Part shown: positions 1 through 12,900 of the stretch, piece after piece
Layout of the letters: each line of letters opens with the position of its first letter
Numbering within the stretch: the first letter of the stretch is position 1
NCBI RefSeq assembly: GCF_009914755.1
Contig: NC_060933.1
Direction: 5' to 3' (one strand)
From: the human T2T-CHM13v2.0 reference genome, Homo sapiens
Length of the DNA stretch: 64,000 bases
The notes under the pieces: model-generated
The model's input: the letters and a program-made list of their open reading frames with translations, nothing else
What the model was told of the DNA's origin: nothing
Databases searched by the model: none
Translations under genes and position numbers: made by a program

Positions 1-1112
1 AATGGAATGGTACGGAATAGAATGGAATGGAACGAATTGTAATGGAATGGAATTGAATGGAATGGAATTGAATCAACGCGAGTGCAGGGGAATGTAATGG
101 AACGGAATGCAATGGAATGGAATGGAATGGAATGGAATGGAATGGAATGGAATCAACCCGAGTGCAATGGAATGGAGTGGAATGGAATGGAATGGAATGG
201 AACAACAGGAATGGAATGGAATGTAATGGAGAGTAAGGGAGTTGAATAGAATCAATCCGAATGTAATGGAATGGAATGCAACGGAATGGAGTGGAATGGA
301 ATGGAATCAACCGGAGTGCAGGGGAATGGAATGGAATGGAATGCAATGGAATGGAATCATCCGGAATGGAATGGAATGGAATGGAATGGAATGGAATGGA
401 ATCAACACGAGTTCAATGGAATGGAGTGGAATGGAAAGGAATACATTGGAATCAACCCGAGTGGAATGGAATGGAAAGGACGGGAATGGAGTGGAATGGA
501 ATGGAATGGAATGGAATGGAATCAACTCGATTGGAATAGAATGGAATGGAATGGAATGGAATGGAATGGAATTAACCCGAATAGAATGGAATGGAATGGA
601 ATGGAACGGAATGGAATGGAATGGAATGGAATGGAATGGAATGGTATGGAATCAACCCGACTGCAGGGGAATGGAATGGAATGGAATGCAATGGAATGGA
701 TTCAACTTGAATGGAAAGGAAAGAATGGAATCAACACGAGTGGAATGGCATGGATTGGAATGGAATGGAATGGAATCAACCGGAGTACAGGGGAATGGAA
801 TGGAATGGAATGCAATGGAATGGAATCATCCGTAATGGAATGGAAAGGAATGGAATGGAATGGAATGGAATAGAATGGAATCAACTCGATTGCAATCGAA
901 TGGAATTGAATGGAATTAACCCGAATAGAATGGAATGGAATGGAACGGAACGGAACGGAATGGAACGGAACGGAATGCAATGGAATGGAATGGAATGGAA
1001 TGGAATGGAACGGAAAGGAATGGAATGGAATGGAATGGAATGGAATGGAATGGAATGGAAAGGAATCAACGCGAGTGCAGGGGAATGGAATGGAATGGAA
1101 TGCAATGGAATG

Positions 1113-1125
1113 GAATCTTCCGGAA
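1113..1125. promoter_or_regulatory. Perfect 3-unit heat shock element (GAAtcTTCcgGAA), first of about 40 copies
   Basis: Exact match to GAAnnTTCnnGAA. Other + block copies start at 1926, 3456, 6042, 6432 and 8258. The motif match is seen directly; HSF1 occupancy is inferred. Confidence 0.6.
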
Positions 1126-1502
1126 TGGAATGGAATGGAATGGAATGGAATAAACCCGAGTGCAATGGAATGGAGTGGAATGGAATGGAATGGAATGGAA
1201 CAACCCGAATGGAATGGAATGTAATGGAGAGTAAGGGAGTTGAATAGAGTCAATCCGAATGTAATGGAATGGAAAGGAAAGGAATGGAATTGAATGGAAT
1301 GGAATGGAATGCAATGGAATGGAATCAACCCGAGTGCAATGGAATGGAGAGGAATGGAATGGAATGGAATGGAAACTACCCGAATGGAATGGAATGTAAT
1401 GGAGTGTAAGGGAATTGAATAGAATCAATCCGAATGTAATGGAATGGAATGGAACGGAATGGAATGGAATGGAATGGAATGGAATGGAATGCAATGGAAT
1501 GG

Positions 1503-1532
1503 AATCAACCCGAGTGCAATCGAATGGAATCG
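1503..1532 (+). repeat. chr9q12-type Sat III signature 30-mer (pHuR98-like), recurring throughout the window
   Basis: AATCAACCCGAGTGCAATCGAATGGAATCG also occurs at ~5709 and ~7805 on + and many times on -. From memory it matches the primer used for chr9 Sat III (HuR98) transcripts. This needs confirming by alignment. Confidence 0.65.
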
Positions 1533-4500
1533 AATGGAATGGAATGCAATGGAATGGATTCAACTTGAATGGAATGGAAAGAATGGAATCAACACGAGTG
1601 GAAGGGCATGGATTGGAATGCAATGGAATGGAATCAACTCGAGTACAGGGGAATGGAATGGAATGGAATGCTATGGAATGGAATCATCCGTAATGGAATG
1701 GAAAGGAATGAAATGGAATGGAATGGAATGGAATGGATTGGAATGGAATGGAATCAACACGATTGCAATCGAATGGAATGGAATGGAATTAACCCGAATA
1801 GAATGGAATGGAATGGAATGGAACGGAACGGAATGGAATGGAATGGAATGGAATGGAATGGAATGGAATGGAATGGAATCAACGCGAGTGCAGGGGAATG
1901 GCATGGAATGGAATGCAATGGAATGGAATCTTCCGGAATGGAATGGAATGGAATGGAATGGAATGGAATGGAATGGAATGAAATGCGATGGATTCAACAC
2001 GATTGCAATGGAATGGAATAGAATGGAATGGAATGGAATGGAATGGGATTAACCCGAATAGAATGCAATGGAATGGAATGGAACGGAATGCAACGGAATG
2101 GAATGGAATGGAATGGAATGGAATGGTATGGAATGGAATGGAATGGTACGGAATAGAATGGAATGGAACGAATTGTAATGGAATGGAATTGAATGGAATG
2201 GAATGGAATGGAATGGAATGGAATCAACGCGAGTGCAGGGGAATGTAATGGAATGGAATTGAATGGAATGGAATGCAATGGAATGGAATCAACGCGAGTG
2301 CAGGGGAATGTAAAGGAACGGAATGCAATGGAATGGAATCATCCGGAATGGAATGGAATGGAATAGAATGGAATGGAATGGAATCAACCCGAGTGCAATG
2401 GAATGGAGTGGAATGGAATGGAATGGAATGGAACAACCCGAATGGAATGGAATGTAATGGAGAGTAAGGGAGTTGAATAGAATCAATCCGAATGTAATGG
2501 AATGGAATGCAACGGAATGGAATGGAATGGAATGGAATGGAATGGAATGGAATGCAAAGGAATGGAATCAACCCGAGTGGAATGGCATGGAATGGAATGC
2601 AATGGATTGGAAAGGAATGGAATCAACACGAGTGGAAAGGAATGGAATGGAATGGAAAGGAATGGAATGAAGTCAACTCGAGTGGAATGGAATGGAATGG
2701 AATGGATTGGAATGGATTGCAATGGAATGAAATGGAATGGAATGGAATGGAATCAATCATGGAAGGGAATGTAATGGAGTGGAAAGAAGGGAATGGAATC
2801 AACCCGAGTGGAATGCAAGGCAATGGAATGGAATGGAAAGGAATGGAATGGAATCAACTCGATTGCAATGGAATGGAATGGATTGGAATGGAATTAACCG
2901 GAATAGAATGGAATGGAATGGAATGGAACGGAATGGAATGGAATGGAAGGGAATGGAATCAACACGAGTGCAGGGGAATGGAATGGAATGGAATGCAATG
3001 GAATGGAATCATCTGGAATGGAATGGAATGGAATGGAATCAACTCCATTGCAATGGAATGGAATGGAATGGAATGGAATAGAATGGAATGGAATTAACCC
3101 GAATAGAATGGAATGCAATAGAATGCAATGCAACGGAAACGAATGGAGTGGAATGGAATGGAATGGAATCAACCCGAGTACAGGGGAATGGAATGGAATG
3201 GAATGCAATGGAATGGAGTCATCCGTACTGGAATGGAAAGGAATGGAAAGGAATGGAATGGAATGGAATGGAATCAACTCGATGGCAATCGAATGGAATG
3301 GAATGGAATTAACCCGAATAGAATGGAATGGAATGGAACAGAACGGAATGGAATGGAAAGCAATGGAATGGAACGGAACGGAATGGAATGGAATGGAATG
3401 GAATGGAATCAACGCGAGTGCAGGGGAATGGAATGGAATGCAATGCAATGGAATGGAATCTTCCGGAATGGAATGGAATGGAATGAAAGGCAATGGATTC
3501 AACTCGATTGCAATGGAATGGAATAGAATGGAATGGAATGGAATGGAATTTAATGGAATTGAATGGAATGGAATGCCTTCAAACCGGATGGAATGGAAAG
3601 AATGGAATCAACACGAGTGGAAAGGAATGGAATGGAAAGGTATGGAATGGAATGGAATGGTACGGAATAGAACGGAATGGAACGAACTGGAATGGAATGG
3701 AATGGAATGGAATGGAATGGAATGGAATGGAATGGAATCGTTCCGAGTGGAATAGGAGGGAATGTATTCGAGTGGAATGGAAAGGAATGGAGTCAACCAG
3801 AGTGGAATGGAAGGGAATGGAATGGAATGGAAACTAATAGAATGGAATCAACCCGAGTGGAATGGAATGGAAAGGACTGGAATGGAATGGAATGGAATGG
3901 AATGGCATGGAATCAACTCGATTGTAATGGAATGGAATGGAATGGAATGGAATGGAATGGAATGGAATGGAATGGAATTAACCCGAATACAATGGAATGG
4001 AACGGGATGGAACGGAATGGAGTTGAATGGAATGGAATCAACCCGAGTGCAGGGGAATGGAATGGAAAGGAATGCAATGGAATGGAATCATCCGGAATGG
4101 AATGGAATGGAATGGAATGCAAAGCAATGGAATCAACTCGATTGCAATGGAATGGAATGGAATGGAAGGGAATAGAATGGAATCAACCGGAGCGTAATGC
4201 AATGGAAAGGACTGGAATGGAGTGGAATGGAATGGAATGGAATGGAATGGAAAGGAATCAACTCGATTGGAATGGAATGGAATGGAATGGAATGGAATGG
4301 AATTAAACAGAATAGAATGGAATGGAATGGAATGGAACGGAATGGAATGGAATGCAATGGAATGGAATCAACCCGACTGCAGGGGAATGGAATGAAATGG
4401 AATGGAATGGAATGGAATCATCTGGAACGGAATGGAATGGAATGGAATGGAATCAACTCGATTGCAATGGAATGGAATGGAATGGAATGGAATAAAATGG

Positions 4501-6460
4501 AATGGAATGGAATTAACCGGAATAGAATGGAATGGAATGGAATGGAACGGAATGGAATGGAATGGAATGGAATCAACCCGAGTGCAGGGGAATGGAATGG
4601 AATGGAATGCAATGGAATGGAATCATCCGGAATGGAATGGAATGGAATGGAATGCAATCAACCTGATGCAATGGAATGGAGTGGAATGGAATGGAATGGA
4701 ATGGAAACATCCCGAATGTAATGGAATGTAATGGAGTGTAAGGGAATTGAATAGAGTCAATCCGAATGTAATGGAATGGAATGGAATGAAATGGAATGGA
4801 ATGGAATGCAATGGAATGGATTCAACAAGAATGGAATGGAAAGGAATGGAATCAACCCGAGTGTAATGGCATGGAATGGAACGGAATGGAATTGGATGGA
4901 ATGGAATGGTAAGGAATAGAATGGAATGGAATGATATAGAATGGAATGGAATGGAATGGAATGGAATGGAATGGAAAGGAATGAACCCGTGTGCAATGGA
5001 ATGGAATGGAATGGAATGGAATGGATTCAACTCGAATGGAATCAACTCGATTGCAATGGAATGGAATGGAATTGAAAGGAATAGAATGGAATCAACCCGA
5101 GTGGAATGGAATGGAAAGCACTGGAATGGAGTGGAATGGAATGGAATGGAATTAACACGAATAGAATGAAATGGAACGGAATGGAATGCAATGGAATGGA
5201 ATGGAATGGAATGGAATCAACCCGAGTGCAGGGGAATGGAATGGAATGGAATGCAATGGAATGGAATCATCCGGAATGGAATGGAATGGAATGGAATGGA
5301 ATCAACTCGATTTCAATGGAATGGAATGGAATAGAATGGAATGGAATTAACACGAAAGAATGGAATGGAATGGAATGGAATGGAATGCAAAAGAAAGGAA
5401 TGGAATGGAATGGAATGGAATCAACCCAAGTGCAGGGGAATGGAATGCAATGGAATTCAATGGAATGGAATCATCCGGAATGGAATGGAATGGAATGGAA
5501 TGGAATGGAATGGAATGGAATGGAATCAACCCGAGTGCAATGGAATGGAGAGGAATGGAATGGAATGGAATGGAATCTACACGAATGGAATGGAATGTAA
5601 TGGAGTGTAAGGGAATTGAATAGAATGAATCCGAATGGAATGGAATGGAATGGAATGGAATGGAAAGGAATGGAATGGAATGGAATGGAATGGAATGCAA
5701 TGCCATGGAATCAACCCGAGTGCAATCGAATGGAATCGAATGGAATGGAATGCAATGGAATGGATTCAACTTGAATGGAATGGAAAGAATGGAATCATAA
5801 CGAGTAGAACGGCATGGATTGGAATGGAATGGAATGGAATCAACTCGATTGCAATCGAATGGAATGGAATGGAATTAACCCGAATAGAATGGAATGGAAT
5901 GGAATGGAATGGAACGGAACGGAATGGAATGGAATGGAATGGAATGGAACGGATCGGAATGGAATGGCATGGAATGGAATGGAATGGAATGGAATCAACG
6001 CGTGTGCAGGGGAATGGAATGGAATGGAATGCAATGGAATGGAATCTTCCGGAATGGAATGGAATGGAATGGAATAGAATGGAATGGAATGGAATGGAAT
6101 GGAATGGAATGGAATGGAATCAACCCGAGTACAGGGGAATGGAATGGAATGTAATGCAGTGGAATGGAATCATCTGTAATGGTATGGAAAGGAAAGGAAT
6201 GGAATGGAATGGAATGGAATGGAATGGAATGGAATGGAATCAACTCGATTGCAATCGAATGGAATGGAATGGAATTAACCCGAATAGAATGGAATGGAAT
6301 GGAACGGAACGGAACGGAACTGAACGGAATGGAATGGAATGGAACGGAACGGAATGGAACGGAATGGAATGGAATGGAATGGAATCAACGCGAGTGCAGG
6401 GGAATGGAATGGAATGGAATGCAATGGTATGGAATCTTCCGGAATGGAATGGAATGGAAT

Positions 6461-6545
6461 GCAATGGATTCAACTCGATTGCAATGGAATGGAATGAAAT
6501 GGAATTGAACGCAATGGATTCAACTCGATTGCAATGGAATGGAAT
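6461..6545 (+). repeat. 50-bp local tandem duplication
   Basis: GCAATGGATTCAACTCGATTGCAATGGAATGGAAT at 6461 and 6511. Confidence 0.8.
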
Positions 6546-8257
6546 AGAATGGAATGGAATGGAATGGAATGGAATGGAATTAACCCGAATACAATGGAAT
6601 GGAATGGAATGGAACGGAACGGAACGGAACGGAATGGAATGGAATGGAATGGAATGGAATGGTATGGAATGGAATGGAAAGGTACGGAATAGAACGGAAT
6701 GGAAAGAATTGGAATGGAATGGAATCGAATGGAAAGGAATGGAATGGAATGGAATCAACCCGAGTGCAGGGGAATATAATGGAACGGAATGTAATGGAAT
6801 GGAATCATCCGGAATGGAATGGAATGGAATGGAATGGAATGGAATGGAATGGAACCAACTCGATTGTGATGGAATGGAATGGAATGGAATGGAATGGAAT
6901 GGAATTAACCCGAATACAATGGAATGGAATGGAATGGAACGGAATGGAGTGGAATGGAATGGAATCAACCCGAGTGCAGGGGAATGGAATGGAATGGAAT
7001 GCAATGGAATGGAATCATCCGGAATGGAATGCAAAGCAATGGAATCAACTCGATTGCAATGGAATGGAATGGAATGGAAAGGAATACATTGGAATCAACC
7101 CGAGTGGAATGGAATGGAAAGGACTGGAATGGAGTGGAATGGAATGGAATGAAATGGAATGGAATCAACTCGATTGGAATGGAATGGAATGGAAAGGATT
7201 GGAATGGAATGGAATTAACCCGAATAGAATGGAATGGAATGGAATGGAATGGAACGGAACGGAACGGAACGGAACGGAATGGAATGGAATGGAATGGAAT
7301 GGAATGGAATGGAATGAAATCAACCCGACTGCAGGGGAATGGAATGGAATGGAATGCAATGGAATGGAATGGAATGGAATGGAATGGAATGGAATGGAAT
7401 GGAATGGAATGGAATCAACCCGAGTGGAATGGCATGGAATGGAATGCAAAGGAATGGAATGGAATGGAATCAACTCGAGTGGAAAGGAATGGAATGGAAT
7501 GGAAAGGAATGGAATGAAATCAACTCGAGTGGAATGGAATATAACGAATGGATTGGAATGGATTGCAATGGAAGGAAATGGAATGGAATGGAATGGAATC
7601 AATCATTCCGAGTGGAATGGAAGGGAATGTAATGGAGTGTAAAGAAGGGAATGGAATCAACCCGAGTGGAATGCAAGGCAATGGAATGGAATGGAAAGGA
7701 ATGGAATGGAATCAACTCGATTGCAATCGCATGGAATGGAATGGAATGGAATGGAAAGGAATGCAATGGAAAGAAATGGGATGGAATGGAATGCAATGGA
7801 ATGGAATCAACCCGAGTGCAATCGAATGGAATCGAATGGAATGGAATGCAATGGAATGGATTCAACTTGAATGGAATGGAAAGAATGGAATCAACACGAG
7901 TGGAATGGCATGGATTGGAATGGAATGGAATGGAATCAACCCGAGTACAGGGGAATGGAATGGAATGGAATGCAATGGAATAGAATCATCCGTAATGGAA
8001 AGGAAAGGAATGGAATGGAATGGAATGGAATGGAATGGAATGGAATGGAATCAACTCGATTGCAATCGAATGGAATGGAATGGAATTAACCCGAATAGAA
8101 TGGAATGGAATGGAATGGAACGGAACGGAACGGAATGGAATGGAATGGAATGGAACGGAAAGTAATGGAATGGAATGGAATGGAATGGAATGGAATGGAA
8201 TGGAATGGAATCAACGCGAGTGCAGGGGAATGGAATGTAATGGAATGGAATGGAATG

Positions 8258-8270
8258 GAATCTTCCGGAA
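8258..8270. promoter_or_regulatory. Perfect 3-unit HSE nearest the inversion junction on the left
   Basis: GAATCTTCCGGAA, about 380 bp left of the junction. Confidence 0.6.
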
Positions 8271-8636
8271 TGGAATGGAATGGAATGGAATCAACCCGAG
8301 TGCAATGGAATGGAGTGGAATGGAATGGAATGGAATGGAACAACCTGAATGGAATCGAATGTAATGGAGAGTAAGGGAGTTGAATAGAATCAATCCGAAT
8401 GTAATGGAATGGAATGGAACGGAATGGAATTGAATGGAATGGAATGGAATGCAATGGAATGGAGTCAACCCGAGTGCAATGGAATGGAGAGGAGGGGAAT
8501 GGAATGGAGTGGAAACTACCCGAATGGAATGGAATGTAATGGAGTGTAAGGGAATTGAATAGAATCAATCCGAATGTGATGGAATGGAATGGAACGGAAT
8601 GGAATGGAATGGAATGGAATGGAATGGAAAGAAGGG

Positions 8637-8664
8637 AATGGAATCAACCCGAGTTGATTCCATT
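8637..8664. other. Inversion (strand-switch) junction with a 12-bp inverted repeat and 4-nt spacer
   Basis: AATGGAATCAAC (8637-8648) - CCGA - GTTGATTCCATT (8653-8664). The arms are exact reverse complements, and the array changes from GGAAT to ATTCC here. Confidence 0.96.
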
Positions 8665-9907
8665 GCTTTGCATTCCGTTCCATTCCATTCCTTTTCATTG
8701 TATTCGGGTTGATTCCATTGCATTCCATTCCATTCCTTTCCATTCCATTCCATTCCATTACAATGGAGTTGATTCCATTCCATTCCATTCCATTCCATTC
8801 CAGTCCTTTCCATTCCATTCCACTCGGGTTGATTCCATTCTATTAGTTTCCATTCCATTCCATTCCCTTCCATTGCACTCTGGTTGATTCCATTCCTTTC
8901 CATTTCACTCGAATACATTCCCTCCTATTCCACTCGGAACGATTCCATTCCATTCCATTCCATTCCATTTCGTTCCATTCCATTCTATTCCGTACCATTC
9001 CATTCCATTCCATTCCATTCCATTCGATTCCATTCCACTCGTGTTGATTACATTCCTTTCCATTCCATTCAGTTTGAAGGCATTCCATTCCATTCAATTC
9101 CATTCCATTCCATTCCATTCCATTCCATTCCATTCCATTCCATTCCATTGTACTCGGGTTGATTCCATTCCATTGCATTCTATTCCATTCCATTCCATTC
9201 CATTCCATTCCATTCCATTCCATTCCATTCCGCATGATTCCATTCCATTGCATTCCATTCCATTCCATTCCCCTGCACTCGGGTTGATTACATTCCATTC
9301 CCTTCCCTTCCATTCCTTTCCATTCCATTCCATTCCATTCTATTCGGGTGAATTCCATTCCATTCCATTCCATTCCATTCCATTGCAATCGAGTTGATTC
9401 CATTACATTCCATTCCATTCCGTTCCGGATGATTCCATTCCATTGCATTCCATTCCATTCCATTCCCCTGCAGTCGGTTTGATTCCTTTCCATTCCATTC
9501 CATTCCATTCCATTCTATTCCATTCCGTTCCATTCCATTGCATTCCATTCTATTCGGGTTAATTCCATTCCATTCCTTTCCATTCCATTCCAATCGAGTT
9601 AATTCCATTCCATTGCATTCCATTCCACTCCATTCCAGTCCTTTCCATTCCATTCCACTCGGGTTGATTCCATTCTATTCCTTTCCATTCCATTCCATTG
9701 CAATAGTGTTGATTCCATTGCATTGCATTCCATTCCATTCCATTCCATTCCGGATGATTCCATTCCATTGCATTCCATTCCATTCCATTCCCCTGCACTC
9801 GGGTTGATTCCATTCCATTCCACTCCATTCCGTTCCATTGCATTCCATTCCATTGTATTCGGGTTAATTCCATTCCATTCCATTCCATTCCATTCCATTC
9901 CATTCCA

Positions 9908-9920
9908 TTCCGGAAGATTC
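9908..9920. promoter_or_regulatory. Perfect 3-unit HSE nearest the inversion junction on the right
   Basis: TTCCGGAAGATTC, about 1.25 kb right of the junction. Confidence 0.6.
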
Positions 9921-9960
9921 CATTCCATTGCATTCCATTCCATTCCATTCCATTCCATTC

Positions 9961-12900
9961 CCCTGCACTCGCGTTGATTCCATTCCATTCCATTCCATTC
10001 CATGCCATTCCATTCCGTTCCGTTCCGTTCCATTCCATTCCATTCCATTCCATTCCGTCCCGTTCCATTCCATTCCATTCCATTCTATTCGGGTTAATTC
10101 CATTCAATTCCATTCAATTGCAATCGAGTTCATTCCATTCCATTCCATTCCATTCCATTCCTTTCCATTCCATTACTAATGATTCCATTCCATTGCATTC
10201 CATTCCATTCCATTCTCCTGTACTCGGGTTGATTCCATTCCATTCCATTCCATTCCATTCCATTCCATTCCATTCCATGCCATTCCACTCGTGTTGATTC
10301 CATTCTTTCCATTCCATTCAAGTTGAATCCATTCCATTGCATTCCATTCCATTCGATTCCATTCGATTGCACTCGGTTTGATTCCATTACTTTGCATTCC
10401 ATTCCATTCCATTCCATTCCATTGCATTCCATTGTACTCGGGTTGATTCCATTCCATTGCATTCCATTCCATTCCATTCCATTGCATTCCATTCCGGATG
10501 ATTCCATTCCATTGCATTCCGATCCATTACATTAGCCTGCACTCGGGTTGATTCCATTCCATTCCATTCCATTCCATATCATTCCATTCGATTCCATTCC
10601 ATTCCAATTCTTTCCATTCCATTCTATTCCGTACTATTCCATTCCATTCCATACCATTCCATTCCATTCTATTCCATTCCATTCCATTCCGTTCCGTTCC
10701 GTTCCGTTCCGTTCCATTCCATTCCATTCCATTCTATTCGGGTTAATTCCATTCCATTCCATTCCATTCTATTCCACTCCATTGCAATCGAGTTGAATCC
10801 ATTGCATTCCATTCCATTCCATTCCAATCCATTCCGGAAGATTCCATTCCATTGCATTCCATTCCATTCCATTCCCCTGCATTCGCGTTGAATCCATTCC
10901 ATTCCATTCCATTCCATTCCATTCCATTCCATTCCTTTCCGTTCCATTGCATTCCATTCCATTCCATTCCCTTCCATTCCGTTCCGTTCCATTCCATTCC
11001 ATTCCATTCTATTGGGGTTAATTCCATTCCGTTCCATTCGATTACAATCGAGTTGATTCCAATCTATTCCATTCCATTCCATTCCATTCCATTCCTTTCC
11101 ATTCCATTACGGATGATTCCATTCCATTGCATTCCATTCCATTCCATTCCCCTGTACTCGGGTTGACTCTATTCCATTCCATTCCAATCCATGCCATTCC
11201 ACTCGTGTTGATTCCATTCTTTCCATTCCATTCAAGTTGAATCCATTCCATTGCATTCCATTCCATTCGATTCCATTCGATTGCACTCAGGTTGATTCCA
11301 TTCCATTGCATTCCATTCCATTCCATTCCATTCCATTCCGTTCCATTCCATTTCATTACATTCAGATTGATTCTATTCAATTCCCTTACACTCCATTATA
11401 TTCCAATCCATTCTGGTTGTTTCCATTCCATTCCATTCCATTTCACTCGTGTTGATTCCATTCCTTTCCATTCCATTCGGTTTGAAGCCATTCCATTCCA
11501 TTCCATTCCACTCCATTCCATTCCATTCCATTCCATTCCATTCCATTCCATTGTACTCGGGTTGATTCCATTCCATTGCATTCCATTCCATTCCATTCCA
11601 TTCCGTTCCATTACATTCCATTACATTCGGATTTATTCTATTCAACTCCGTTACTCTCCATTACATTCCATTCCATTCGGGTTGTTCCATTCCATTCCAT
11701 TCCATTCCACTCCATTCCATTGCACTCGGGTTGATTCCATTCCATTCCATTCCATTCCATTCCATTCCCGATGATTCCATTCCATTGCTTTCCGTTCCAT
11801 TACATTCCCCTGCACTCGCGTTGATTCCATTCCATTCCATTCCAATCCATACCATTCCATTCCATTCCATTCCATTCTGTTCCATTCCATTCCTTTCCAT
11901 TCCATTACGGATGATTCCATTCCATTGCATTCCATTCCATTCCATTCCCCTGTACTTGGGTTGATTCCATTCCATTCCATTCCAATCCATGCCATTCCAC
12001 TCGTGTTGATTCCATTCTTTCCATTCCATTCAAGTTGAATCCATTCCATTGCATTCCATTCCATTCGATTCCATTCGATTGCACTCGGATTGATTCCATT
12101 CCATTGCATTCCATTCCATTCCATTCCATTCAATTCCATTCTATTCCGTTCCATTGCATTCCATTACAATCGGATTGATTCTTTTCAACTTCCTTACTCT
12201 CCATTACATTCCTTTCCATTCGGGTTGTTCCATTCCATTCCATTCCATTCCACTCCATTCCATTGCACTCGGGTTGATTCCATTCCATTCCATTCCATTC
12301 CATTCCATTTCATTCCATTCCCCTGCACTCGCGTTGATTCCATTCCATTCCATTCCATTCCATTCCATTCCATTCCATTCCATTCCTTTCCGTTCCATTC
12401 CATTCCATTCCATTCAATTCCGTTCCGTTCCATTCCATTCCATTCCATTCTATTCGGGTTAATTCCATTCCATTCCATTCCTTTCCATTGCATTCCTTTC
12501 CATTCCATTCCGGATGATTGCATTCCATTGCATTCCGTTCCATTACATTCCCCTGCACTCGGGTTGATTCCATTCCATTCCATTCCATTCCAATTGATTC
12601 CATTCCATTCCAATTCTTTCCTTTCCATTCTATTCCGTACCATTCCATTCCATTCCATACCATTCCATTCCATTCCATTCCATTCCATTCCATTCCATTC
12701 CATTCCATTGCATTCCATTCAGATTGATTCTATTCAATTCTCTTACACTCCATTACATTCCATTCCATTCGGGTAGTTTCCATTCCATTCCATTCCATTC
12801 CTCTCCATTCCATTGCACTCGGGTTGATTCCATTCCATTGCATTCCATTCCATTCCATTCAATTCCATTCCGTTCCATTCCACTCCATTATATTCGGAAT

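Larger units (their letters stand above)
1..8654 (+). repeat. Human Satellite 3 (HSat3/Sat III) array, GGAAT strand on +
   Basis: Continuous diverged (GGAAT)n with recurring CAACCCGAGT / CAACTCGATT / CAACGCGAGT motifs. This matches the classical Sat III consensus CAACCCGA(G/A)T(GGAAT)n. Confidence 0.97.

Noticed and set aside
319-326. Canonical G-quadruplex from CAGGGGAA motifs
   Set aside because: Runs of three or more G are isolated and far apart. The G-rich strand is instead known to favour GGA-mismatch hairpins.
8600-8700. Fold-back chimeric-read artefact as the cause of the strand switch
   Set aside because: The arms mirror each other for only 12 bp and then follow different modules, unlike a read fold-back. 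A misjoin still cannot be excluded without reads.
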